Shown here: positions 48,526 to 61,700 of the stretch, in pieces | Layout: every line of letters starts with the position of its first letter | Position numbering within the stretch: the stretch's first letter is position 1 | Origin: Marsupella aquatica | Taxonomy: Eukaryota > Plantae > Marchantiophyta | Direction: 5' to 3' | DNA length: 64,000 nt | Assembly: GCA_973895155.1 (NCBI GenBank) | Contig: OZ316892.1 | Location: forward strand, 11,222,138 to 11,286,137 | Notes under the pieces: generated by a model | What the model saw: only the letters and a program-made list of their open reading frames with translations | Told to the model about the DNA's origin: nothing | Database searches by the model: none | Position numbers and translations under genes: made by a program

Positions 48526-50835
48526 TCACTAAGGGGTATCAAAGGCTTTCCCACGGAAGACTCCAAAGTGCCATAAGTACGGTTGCAAGTCTCCTTTGCA
48601 AGAGAAATAAAAGGGTGGGGATTAACTTTGACCCGACACTTATTTGTGACATTACCAACAACCAAATTTGTTGGCTGCGGAAATATCCCGCAGACAACTT
48701 TTGCAGGACAGGGCTAGGGTGACTCACAAGCTTTCCGCCCGCATCCGGTCCTAGAATGATCGTCGGTAGTCGATGCCGGGAGAATATTTGACATCCCATA
48801 CCATACACAGCCCAGCACTGGGTGGCATACGAGATACGGTGCCATGTACGAGTATGTCGTATAGAAGTTGGAATGTGAAAGCAAGGAAAGCGAAATAAGA
48901 CAGGAAAATGTGAAACGAAGGAAGAGAAACGAAGGAATGAGAAAACTCACCTCCAAAATAAACGAAGAAAGAGTCGAGTGAAGCAAAAGGCGTGCAAAGC
49001 ATCGACGTTCTTCGACGAATTTGAACCAAAAAAACGACATTCTAAACCCCTCTCTGACTGCTTCGTGACGACTGACGTGCCGATGTTCTTACAACAACAA
49101 TAACCCCACTAGAAGGCTCGCTCTGCTTGTGACCCTGCGCACGCACTGATTCGCTCGCTCGCTCGCTCACCGTGCAGCATCCGTCATTCCGTCCCATTCC
49201 GCCACTTGAACAATCAATCAGTGCTTCTTCAGTCGAAACTTTCCCGAAATTTTCCTCTCGCAACCCTTGCTCACTGGACCTTCCACTGGAGCTGTCTCTG
49301 CGGGTCCCGAGTCATTGCGGCAAGGCGTCTGCGGGTAGCCAATTCGACGGGGTTTTGGTTGATTGAGGTGGGTGTGGAAATTGCCCTTCTTCTGTTGCGC
49401 TCGATATTTGCTTTTTGCGTTGTGTTTTTCCGTATTTTGTCGAGGAGGCGTGTTGGACCTTCGAAAGGAATTGGTCTCGGGATCGTGCTCTCTCGTGGTT
49501 TTGAAATTTGCCTGCAGTCAAGCTAGGGTTTCGGAAGTCAGTCTGTTGGAGCAGCGAGAAGAAAGGTGCCCTATATCCTGACAGTCAAGTCAGTGAGTAA
49601 GTGGTCACATTGTAGATTTCGGGTTGCTGTGAGGGCTACTCGGGTTCGGTCTCGGGACCGTCTTCGAAACGAAACTCGGCTAGAGTTGAACTCTTCCGAG
49701 CTTCGAAAGAGTAATGATTATTTCTATCGTTTTGCTCACTTGAGGTGCGTTCAAGGTGCAGAAGGATTGACTGACGGGAAATTTTGAAGCGGTGCGGCTT
49801 TAGGTTGGAGGTTCCTTACGGAAGGCTGGTCATCAGGGTAATGAAAGTTGTTGCTATTGCTGCTCCTTCGTGTTGCAGATTTGGTGGTGCAAGCGTCTGA
49901 GACGCTTCTGACGTTCTGACGTTCTGACGTCGACGCGGGTGGTGCTGGAGGGTCGCGAACCTGCCTAGCGGGGGTGGAGCAGAGTTTTTTTTCCCTTCTG
50001 CTCGTGGAGCTCGGGACAGCGAGCAAGTGATCACCCTGGATAGATCGAGCTTTGGAGGAGAAAATAGTCGTGCCTTCTGTCGTCTCACGAGGTGGTCTTA
50101 GGGTTTACATGGATATCGGGCGACCAGCAGACTCAGCGTTGCGAAAGTAATTTGGTATTACGGTGGTGATCTTGTATAGCGGCAGTAGGGTGGGAAGGCA
50201 ACATTTGGATGGGCACGCTTTATTGTGTATTTTGGCTCCATTATTGGGGCGGGGCCGCGGGTCATTGCGGTTCGTCCAACGTTAAGTGCTATCAAAATTA
50301 TGGGATCTGCATTTGAATGAGCGGGTTATTATGGCCTGCTGTTTAACGACGAGTAGAAAATGGAATGCACTCACTCTTGCCTCACTGGGGCCAAAGCTAT
50401 GGTTGGGATATCCTTTGTTGAAAATTACGTAACGAGCAGTGTTTTTAGTCCTTTCAACGTGTTGGTGGTATGGTGAGTGTGCCTGTAGTGCAGTTCGCAT
50501 TGAAATAAAATCTTATTTCCGCTTCGGAAGCTGAATTTTTGGGGCACGAATGAAGACCCGAATGCTCGAGCTCTGAAGCTGTTTTCCGAAGGTTTGATTT
50601 CTGTGCTGGGAGCTCTACTACTTCCGAGCGATTGAGAGAGCTCTTCCAACGTCATTGCGGCGAACGTGTCTGTCCCTGCCAATGGCCACTGAGTGGAAGC
50701 GAGCGAGTTGAAAGAAGACCTTTCAAGTTCACCACCCAGCTCGGACAGAGCTTGCTGGAGGGTGCTTTAGGGGGAGAGTGCCATTGTTTGGGATGAGCGC
50801 TAAGAGGGTCGGGGTCCAAACGGTGATGAGCGGAC

Positions 50836-53800
50836 ATGAGTAGTAGGTTGACTTTTCGGCCCCGCCCATTGGACATCCACAAAAAGCTTCCCATTGTCAA
50901 ATCAGTAAAGGATCTTGACAGCGATGAAGGGGTCTCCCGCACCGTGCACCATAATCATATCGCATTGGATGCTGAAAATGAGCTGGTATGCACATCTCTT
51001 TTTCTCCGTCTCCTTATTCTTCTTCTCCCACGTTTCTGGACTTCTCATATTCGACTTCAACTTGTTCCAATTGCCAAGGGATCATCGATTTTCTCTCTCC
51101 AGCTTTCCTCTCATGATTTACGAGGGAATTGTTAAGCTACTTGTGGCCTATCGATAAATCCTACATTCCTTAAAATTGTCCGTCCGTTTGTGGGAACATC
51201 AAAATACCTGTATATGCTTCACAGTTTTAGAAATTCGTTATGGGTAACTTTAAGTTCATTTCGAAGTGTCAGATGCTGTACCTTTTGCCAGAGTTCCTAC
51301 CCCTGAAGTCACGAATTTGGGTTTCCGTTTGAGGTTCAGGGTTTTTTAAATCATCCCTAATGTTCATCATAGCATCATCAGCCTTATTGGTTCCATTCCC
51401 TTTGGCCATCCATTGTTCTCGGATATACTTTACGCCATACCAACAATTCTTCCGGGCCATTCCTGTGACATGGCTGCGCTTGCTGTGAAAAGCAAAATGT
51501 TGGCAGGCTGTTTGACTATTTCTGATCTCGTACTTCAGGTTTTGTCAACTCCAACTAGACGAGGTGGGGCAGAAATTCCAACGCCCAATTTTGAGGTGGT
51601 GGATTCATATGAGAGAGACTATACACGCTCTTTTAATCAGCCTCCATCATATCTTCGTGGTCGGGGAGGTAAGCTAGGATTGGTCGCTTAGGAGGTGATT
51701 AGCGTAGCATCTAACTTTTGGGCTCCAGTTGCTATACTCGAAGATGTGGCGACATGAAAGTCTTTCGACTATTGGATATCCATGCTCTGAACTTGCAACG
51801 TAGCGCTGCATCGTTCATACGAGTCTACTGTAAGAGACGTCCAGGAAAAGCCCAGTCTTTGAATGGAACGAGCTCAAGGAATATGTGGTCGGGTCTGGAT
51901 GATTTGGTAAGATCGTCCACAAGTGCGTAGATTTCTTCAGTTCGTCTCCATCAGGGTCACATCAAATGCTCGTCGCATGTTTATAAAACATGCATTGTTG
52001 AATTTTGGCGTCTTTGTTTTCAGCAAGAAGCGAGGCAGCAGAATATGTTGAATATGATTTGGATGATGAGGATGAGGATTGGTTGCAACAACTCAATGCA
52101 GAGCGTAGAATACTGGCGCCTGAAAGGTATCACGTAACCTCATTGACCTATGTGTCGTCCATCTGATTTTAGATTAGGTTTCATGTGCATTCCACCGGCT
52201 TTTTTTGAGGTAGTTAGTTTCCGCTTTTTTGTGACTGCTGCCTAGAAGTGTCTTCGTTTTCGAGCTGACTCTCAGAAATCTTCTCATTCTGCTCCCAATT
52301 TTGCATTTAAATGCTTCTCCTGGCAGAAGTGCTGGGGGGGGAGAGGGGGCGGGGGGGGGGGGGCGCCTTTTGTATAGATAGGTGAAAAAACTCACACATG
52401 GAGCTAACTACGAAATTCTGATGCTGTTCTTTTTACTGGTTGTCATAGCGATCGTTAATGTGCTCATTGAAGGGTAGTGGGCTGGGTAATGAGTTTTCTG
52501 GACAGCCTGTGTCTGTTTGTACTTCCTCCCTTCAAGGAGGTGCAGTGGTCCTACATATTCTGCACATCTGGTTTAGTGTGTCCACTCTTCTCTCACTCGT
52601 AGATGTTACCTGCTCAGGTTTGAGTGGATGCTATACAAAATGGAGCTGTTGGATCACAAATCTCGAGAACGAGCAGGAGGCATGCCCACTTCTCAGGGTG
52701 TGCATATGCCTGTTCTTTTGCCTCATGGTGCTGCAGTTGAGGTAAGCCTTACATCAACCGGAATATGCCTTATTTTGTTTAGCTAGACGATAACGGATTT
52801 TCTTCAAGTCAGTGCAGTTGGAAATAGCGCTTTGTGAGCAAACGATGTCTCTCTCGCTTCTTGAAACAGTTGAGGTGGTCTCTGATAGTGACATTTACCT
52901 TGACAGGCATTGCGAGGTCACACCAGCAGGTTTGCTGTTCTTGATGCAGTTTATGAGTACTGGAAGTCAAAGGTATGGTGATCACTACTCACTGTGTGGT
53001 CAGTTGAATAGCTTAGGTGTTAGTTATGCCAGTCTTGGGTCAGTTTACTGCAACAGTGCTAGTGCTGAAAGTTGGGTTTCTCAAATACAGTGCAACCATT
53101 ATACTTTCACTATGTAAACAATTGTAGGTGTTCACCTTGCCAATCTTTGGTCAGTTTACTTCGAGATGGGTGGCAATGAAAATTATGTTTGTGAAAATTT
53201 GTGAAAATCATCATACCTTGACTAATCACACATATTCTTCTGTTGAAATGTTTGCAGCGAGATCGCTGGCAGAAGCCTATCTTGCGCCGACTACAGGTCA
53301 GTCTCACAAAGCTAGTTATGAGTACAAAGTGTAGTTTTCAAATTTCTGGAATGATAAACATGTATTTAATAGTGAGCTGAAGAAGCCCAGCTCGAATCTT
53401 CATCCTCTGGGGTTCGTCTTCGAAACCCATTGGAAGAACTGTACAGAAATATTCAGTTAACTCGATAGGTCCCGGGAAATACCATTGCAGAAGAGAAGCC
53501 AGAATCATGCGACATTGGGGGATAGCTATTCTAGTTGACGACACTGAAGGAAAAGCCAGAGAACATGCTTGCGTTTGGCGTGTGCTTATTCTTTTTACCT
53601 GGACAGATTGATGAGGAGATTGAGGAAATTGAGTTTTCTCAGAAACTGTGGTGAAGTTACATATCCAATTGCTTCTGTTAAACTCCCGGCTAACTAAGAA
53701 ATGTGATCATGCAGCCACCCCCACCGGTGAATGACACCAACCCATTCAATGTCTTCAGGCCGAGGGAGAAAGTGCATAGGCCGCATACCCGTCGCGTAAG

Positions 53801-55768
53801 TAAATCGTATCTGTGGTTCCCTCGCAGAGATGTATTGTCCTTTCGGTAATTCAGTTGAGCTTTTAGTTTAGTATATTCTGATCGAGGCTTTACAGTCCAC
53901 TGTCATCCCAATCGTTTCATCTCAATAAATTATCTCCAACTTTTGGCATCCGAACGTCGCTCTATAGACATGTCTGGTTTCCTTATCCCACCGAAAAATG
54001 TTGTTTTGTACTGTTTGTTCGTTTAAGACTACTAGTTCTAATAAGGGTTGATACTGGCTGTTACAGATGCAAAGACGTGAAAATGACCTCTCATCGTTTG
54101 AGAAGCTACGTCAGGTGAATTCATCTTTTCCTTCCCCTTCTACATCACATGCCCTCAAGAAACATGGAAACTACGATTTCGTTACCTGGAAGACTTGACA
54201 TAATTGCGGATCACATGTGCCTTTTGCTTCATTTTTCTTTGATGTAAGAATACAGGACCTAAGTGAGCCTATGTTGGCATGTTTAGGTTCGCCGAAATTT
54301 GGAGCAATCCAGGCACCTGATTATGGGATTGCAAAAGGTATGTGTTGTTTTCACAATTGGCTGCCATTGTGGTCTCTTGTATGGTGAAATACCTAGTTTA
54401 CTCAAGGTTGGTGGTTGACTTATATGACGTGAATATAATATCATACATGACATTAGACAAGTATTTAAAGTCAGGTTCCAGGAATTTCAGTTGTCTGGAT
54501 TGACGCACCCATATAAGGGGTGTTTTAAAATTCATATGAAGCACAACGAAATTGTGGGAATTCTGTATGTAATTGATGATTTTCATAAAAAAATATGGAT
54601 CCAAAAGTGCACAATTTGAGTACCGCTAAACAAGAACGAGAGTTGATACTACACTTCGCCACATTCAGATAGTTGAGGAAATCTGGCAGTATAGGACGAA
54701 ACTGCATCTGTAGTTTGTATGCTCATTCAGCTGTTGTAAGAACACAGAGGGAAGAGAAGAAGCGTGAGCTGGTGGAATGTGAAGCGACTTTACAAAGAAT
54801 GCAAATAAAGTTGAAGGTCTGCTTATCTTCGTTGACCTGTACTATATCTTCATGTCACCAACTCGACTTTAGGACCTTGCAGCAGTAATTCATTTATTTG
54901 CTTTTACTATCTTGCACTGAGGAGCTCCGGATAATCTCATTGCAATGAACCTTGTTACTAACGTTTAGTGTGTTGATTACAGCACGATTCTCGTATTGAT
55001 GATGATGGGCTGATGGCCACAAACTCATCCATATTTGCACCCCGGAAATTCCCCCCATCAAAACGGGTCGAGGATGGCCACAACTTAGGGGTGCAGGGTT
55101 CCAATGCTGGAGCACCTGATCAGATGAATGGACATGGTGGGTCATTGCGACACCCCCCAGAGTTGTCTACTCCAGCAGCGGATGGGGCTGTAGGAGATCA
55201 GATGGATCGCATGAGGCACAAGCGAAAGCGAAGGCGATTGCCTCCACCACGAGGTCGACCCATGAGAAGGGTCAGTAGGCTTTTAAGCTTTTTCTGGCTG
55301 AGTAAATGATCTGTTGCAAAGCCAATTTTTACAAGGTTTGTCATTTCTTGGTGGTACCTGATGCTGTTTTCTGGCTTTTGGATGCAGATGAAAGTGATGG
55401 ACTCGTTGGAGCCTGTATTATTGTTTACTAAACCCTTAGATGCTGAGAAGCTGGCAGCTGCCGGAATTCTCCCCCCTATTGAACCTCCTGTAGAAAATGG
55501 TTTGAGTACAGCACCTTGTCGTTTCCATGGTAGAATTGGTCGAGGGGGCCGCATCATCTTTGATCGTTGGAACCCTCTAACCCGCAGCCCAATAGGTAGT
55601 CCTAGTTTCCCATTTGCCTCGGCTCAATCAAGGTCATCACCAGGAGAGAGGTTTCATGCTCCACCACCTCCAAGGCTGGATATAGATGCAACGACTCACC
55701 CTAACCTTAAAAGTGCCACTGCAGCTGCAGTTGATCACACTTCCAGTACGAATGCACCTCCTGCTTGA
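50836..55768 (+). CDS. EPL1: Enhancer of polycomb-like protein (NuA4/TIP60 histone acetyltransferase subunit), 12 coding exons
   Basis: Exons 50836-50985, 51539-51668, 52024-52126, 52618-52741, 52907-52972, 53258-53296, 53715-53795, 54067-54114, 54287-54337, 54748-54816, 54983-55270 and 55388-55768. Motifs include FRPRPLDIHKKLPIVK, EIPTP, VEYDLDDEDEDWL, AVYEYWKSKRDRWQKPILRRLQPPPPVNDTNPFNVFRPREK and GRIGRGGRIIFDR. Confidence 0.95.
52334..52363 (+). repeat. Poly-G tract in EPL1 intron 3
   Basis: G8-AGA-G5-C-G13. Confidence 0.9.
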
Positions 55769-58700
55769 TTCCCAGCCCTGACCATTGCTCCACAGTTTAC
55801 TCAGTCATGAGTTCGGTATTTGGCAGCATGCCTGTTACTCTGCACACAGTAGGGCATCCATCAACGCTCTACTATTGTAATTCTAACTTGTGTCTTTTGT
55901 GCATAATCTTCTCAGTGGTAATCTGTGGACCCATGGGTCAATCTCATGTGGCAATCTCATCTTATTGCATTTGGTTACGATTGACTTCGCTTGACTCTCC
56001 TTTTCAGCAGAGGGATACGAAGTATTTTTTTCTGCTGGATCTAGTTGTTAACTGAAAATCTCACGGCTTCTTGTTTCTACGCATTATTCATTATGTGAGT
56101 TGGCACATTTTGGTTGGCTGTGCAACTTATCAAGCAGGAATTACCTGAGATTGAAGTAGTTGTTGAAGCAGGCTGTACCTACACTCTTACGCTGTCGCCA
56201 GCTCTAATAAGCTCCGGTTGGAAGTGGAGACTTTGACATCTTGTCTGTTCAATCGGTAAACCCGAGGGTTTGGGGTTTCAGGCCTAAAGTTGAGATCCGT
56301 TTGTGGTAACTTGTTTCCACATGTATGTCATTCTCCTTGCAGGTGCACGATGTTGTGACACTTCTGGAATGATTACATTCTGATATTTTTAAGAGATTTG
56401 TGTATGGAATTATGACAGGGTTCTGTCTGCGCTGATATGTCTAAGCAAGTATTAGAAAACCCAGGCGGCAAGGATGACTCAGACATTTGGTAAGAGATCA
56501 AACTCTTTAACCCTCCTTTGTCATAGACATCCTTGGGTTGAATCGTTTTCTGTGGACATCGGGTCTGATTTTACTGGCGGTTGCAATTGAGCTTACAGTC
56601 TCTTAAGCGTTTCAAGGTTAGATTATTATAATATAAGATTTCTAGGAGTTGAGATTGAAAGATATCTTCACGAATCGTATTAACTCATCGGATCAGGTTG
56701 AGCAATTTTGAGTTATTGGGTTCCGAATGTGATATTTGGACGAGTTCAGACTGTTTCTGTTAAGTGGCCGTTAATTTTCCCGAGTTGAGCATAGAGGGGC
56801 AGTAGATGTTATTCTCAATTGTTTCATAAAACTTCGGGACCAGAAAAATGACAGCAGTAATGAAGTGCCAATAGGTACCATACCTTGATCCTGGGTCCTA
56901 ACTCTCACTGCTTAGTGTAACAATCACTAGATTTATTAAGAAAAGCAGTGTCGTAAGCATCGCATCCCTGTCAAGGCCGTTTGAATGCCCCTGGTCTTCC
57001 GACTGCCGTGAACCATAGGTTGAGGTTGGAGCGTTAATGAGTTTTTCAGTCTGACCATAGTCTTTTGCAAAGGACTGAAGGACTGGGCTCTACACCAACT
57101 TGATTACCGCTGTCATCGACGGGACGAATAAGGACGAATAAGTGTTAAATCTCAACGGTTAAGATCCCTTTTCCAATATGTATGTTTCGAACTGAAATGA
57201 ACGTCGATCCCGCTTTACTGCTCCAAATTGGCTTTTATGTGGCTTCGCAATGCAATTCGGTATACGAAAAGTTCGTAACCAGCGGAAATGTGGTATTACT
57301 TGCAAATGTAGTATTACTTGCAGTGCAGGGTGGACAATTATGGGAGTGATCATACTATTGATGTAACCTTCATGCCAGCGAGCCTCTTTGGACTTCCTGG
57401 GGTTTTTCCTTGTTTCTCCCTTTTGTTCTTCTCTGTCTTGTTGGGCACATTTTGTTCTTTGGCAGTGTGATATATAACAAAATTTCTTAAGACAGCCAAG
57501 CTGGTTCAAGAACAGAATAAGGGAAGAGAAGTCAAAAAGAAAAAGGATTAAAGGACAAGTCGATGACAAGTTACTAGAGAAAATACAGAAAGGGTTTGAA
57601 AACCCAAGAACTCCGAAAAAAGGCTTTGTGGCATACCTTTCAACACCCACAATAGGTTACCACGGTTAGGTAATCTCATCGTTGCAAGTTTTGCACATGA
57701 GAATCACAAAGTTCGTCTTAGCAGTGAGGCATAGGGTACAGTGATCAATTCCTCTGCAAAAAGGTGTACCGACTGGTATCTGGTGTTGTATTCTGGTACT
57801 TTATAAACATGTGCTTGCGTGATGCCATCCTAAGTTTTGTATACTTGACCCCACCAACCTCAAGTACCATGTGGATAGGCATTTTGGAGTTCCCTTCTAT
57901 TACCACTTGTAGGAATCTCTTGGTGGCTACGTTTGTGTCACTGGTATTTGTAATCTCATTGGGTCTCCTTCCTTCTTCCCAATCCCAAGCTTAGTTGGTC
58001 CATTTATGCTTGACTTGGAGGTCCCTAGATGGAATGTAGAGTAATAGTGACCTTCGCTTGAAGCTTCAGGAGTCCCAAGACTCTGAAGGAACAATAAAAA
58101 ATACTATTTTCTCATATTCCATTCAATAGAAGAACCCCACTCGAACCAGTTTTTCTCCTTTTCCGTCATTCACTCCTAATCAATCCATTCCATCCCATAA
58201 TGATAAAACAGGATAGTTGAGTAACATCTTGGGAAGGTGTATCTGACTCAAATGGATAGGACTGAGAGGAGTGGTGGAATATGGGGAATATACCTTTGGG
58301 GGAAGTACAACAGGATCCAAGGTATCCGTGTACAGTACATCTATGGGAGAAAAAATAAAATATTATCATTTTAAATAGTTTTTAAATATTTAATTGACAA
58401 TATTGTCATGGAGTTTTTTGTTTTTATATAGATCACGAACCAGTGAAATTCTATATGAACCAGTGAACTTCGGTATGAAACATTGTGATATATTTTTAAA
58501 CATAAATCAATTAAATTATGGCAATATTGTAAACTCAAATATCTTTAATGACAAGTTTTTTATATCTTTACAGACAATCTACTTAAAAGCTGTTATTTAA
58601 CAGTGCAATTTTAAAATCTAAAAACTCCTCCACGAATCTTTACAAGAGCTGTCATATGAGCCAAAAATCACACCCTAAGATTGGCAAATTATATTGCTAC

Positions 58701-61700
58701 ATCCCCCAAAAAAAACAATTTGAATTGGATAGGGTCGAGCCCATCATAAAAATATATATTTATTGCTGCAGGTTTTACAAAAATATTTGAAAAAAAAATT
58801 GGGTTTCTTTTTGCCTCCTAATTCATGCAAATAGGAGAACCCCACTCTGACCAAGAAGTTTATTAGGTGGTCCCCACTTGAGAAAAACCAGCTTGGTGAG
58901 GCAAACTTTTGTGGTACTTGGTGGGTTGCTCGCAATTGCGTGCAAGGGTGGCAGAGTACTGAGGACTCTCCCCAAACTCTGCTGCAAAAAAACGAAGTGA
59001 GAGGACCCAGGAGCAAAAAACAAGTGAGGAAGTGGCAGCTCGCGTTGGGGCAGGCTTCTAATTTTGTCAGGAGGGACAGGAGTGGGCTTCCCAACACAAT
59101 TCGGGCCTCTCCCTCTTCTGCCAGTCCTAACCACTGCCCACACTGCACAAGAAAGTGCTCCTCACCAAGCTGGTTTTTGTCACTCCCACCAAGCTCATTT
59201 CTCCATACTCTAAACCCAGTTCCATGATGGCAGACAGCTTTGCTAAGCTCTCAGTAAAAACATCAGGGGGCAGCAGCATTTCGTGTGGCAAACTTGGAGA
59301 CTCCTCATTGGACTGACTATTAGTGGGACAGGAAGAAAACAAATTATTGAAAAGATATATACAGTTGTTCCTGAGTGATCATTGATCAAAATCAATATAT
59401 AATACTCCAATTTGTCACTGAAAAGGTGGGTCGATTCTCTCGAGGAAAGCCCAGTGAGATCCTGGCAAATGTAATGTGAGCCTCAGGTGGAAAAGGGGCT
59501 GATGGGTTTCCATGGTATCAGAGGGCCACTTTTGGACCATGCTCGCCCGCCTGGGTTCAAACCTGGTTGGTATAATAATCTAAGATGACTTGGCCTACCT
59601 GCCTCCATGGCTGATTGATTTTTATTAGACAGTACTAAAACTAGTATACTATATAGGTGGGGCGTCTGAAAAGTCACTGAAAAGTAGAATAAGTGATGAA
59701 CAAGTATGAGGTGTCGAAGCTGGAGCATTGGAGGAATCCCAGAGACTGGCGGAGAAATTTCCCAGCACCTCACTTGCCTTGCTCTGGAGTCCAATTCAGT
59801 GCCTTGTCACAGTCTCGTTTAGTTATATAATTAGGTCCACCCACCCAAAACTAGAAAAGCTATACATAACAGATTCCCTCTCGCTTTTGTTTCTAGAACG
59901 CTATCCAAAAGTGGATTAGAGCCACTTAAACAAGAAAGCAAAAAAGGTCAAGACCCTACCGTATTTTCTCCCATGCCCAGATCAAACCACGAAGTTTTTT
60001 TCTTTCCTTATTTTTGCCTCCAAACCAAATATTTCAGACCATTTCAGACCAAAACAATGGGGGAAACAAAATGTACCAAAGATTTCGTTATGGGCATCCA
60101 CCCTTCACACCAAGAAGGTTGGATTCAGGTTCATACGGCCATTGGACAACGTCTTTGGTTTTTCCCAAAGAAAGCCAACCTTTCTTGACCGAGCAGGCTT
60201 CTTCCAAATGAAGGTTGACTCATATAGAACCCCAAATGCAACCACCATCAAGTCAAATTGACATGACATGTCAAGACGAGGACGGCACGGGCCATTTGTG
60301 CTTGGCTAATTGGATTGCAAGATAACTTTGTTTCCAACGTCTTTCTCCCAAACGTTAGTACTTGTTTGAGAACTTTATGACTAGTCTCGTTTAATTGGGA
60401 ATTTCTAATCGTAGAGTACATTGACCATAATGAATGAGTGATAGTTTTTGAGTGAAACAGATAACTTTTTGAGTGAGACGGCCGCATGACTGGACCCGTG
60501 GGGAAAATGCCAAATTAATTGAGCCACTAAAATTATACACTAAGCCAAGAAGCCAAAACAAGAGTATGCGCTTATTGAGCCACTTAACTTTTACACCAAG
60601 CCAAGAAGCCTATGCGCAGACCATCCTGGGGGCTACCAGAAATTCAATATTATGACGAGCAAAGTGTACTTGTTTTGAAGAGTTCTTTTGGGTGTGTAAC
60701 TTCTTAGCGACAAGTAAATCGAATGACCGTCCCACCTACAAATATACACCTTAAATGAATGCCAATAAGTGAATCCCTCTCCATACTGTCTAGTAAGATT
60801 TCCAGAGAGTCTAATTCGGTACTTACACTTGTTTCAGATATTTTTCAGATTTTATACTGATACAGTAAGTTCCAAATTATCAATCACATATGGCCAAGCA
60901 AAAGCATTATTTCGAGGCTGATATACTGCTATATGGAGGAACACTTTTTTTAGTTGTCTTGTCTTATTCATGTTGCTTGTCATATATTTTTATATTATTT
61001 GAAATTTAGTAATTTCTTCTAACCCCCTTAATTTTTTAAATGCCTTAGTTTCAATCAGGTACTTTAGAGTAAATGTTGTCTTTTCAAGTCTCTACTTTGC
61101 TCTGCTCAATTGGTCCTTATGTCTGAGGAGAGACTCTCCACTAGGCTCAACAGGGCAACTAGAACTCAACAGTGGGGATGTACTGTAGCTTATATCCCCA
61201 TTGGTTGATAACTTTACAATACTTATAGTTTATACATCAATAAGTATCACCTGAATAAAGAGCCCCTAAAAATACAGCTCAAAATCAAAGGTTAAAAAGT
61301 TCACATGTTTCTCTTTCAAGGAATATTGTACCCACATTACAATAGTCTAAACACAGTGTACAATAGTTAATGTAAGTGTCTTTTTCAAAGCGAGAAAGTA
61401 CTCTACCTCTCGTTGAAAGAGAATCACTACAAGACAAATAAGCAAGCATGTTTGGGATGAGTATGCTATATGGCCAAGCAAAAGCAAAAGGTCATCATGA
61501 GGATGAAGGTGGTTAACTGCATGTGGCATCAAGGGTTCAGGCTCTGACTGGATTTTAATTGCAATGTTAGTTTGCTGGACCAAGCTGCTTTACATCTGTT
61601 CACCAAATATTGTTGGATTACTAGGAAAGAACACATTTGGTCTTTTGTGGTGGTCTCGAGTACCTGACCAGGATTTAAACTGTCCAGCCCACAGCGACTG

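Larger units (their letters stand above)
30800..48595 (+). repeat. Old diverged tandem duplication interrupted by later TE insertions
   Basis: Unit 1 spans ~30800-31175 plus 47404-47510; unit 2 spans ~47550-48595. Shared blocks include TTCCATTCAAATATGCCTCCATGA, GGTCCTTGAAAGAG, GGGTAGTCTAGAATATTA, GGAAGATTCT..CTTGTGACCAAAG and AGACTCCAAAGTGCCATAAGT. Confidence 0.8.
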
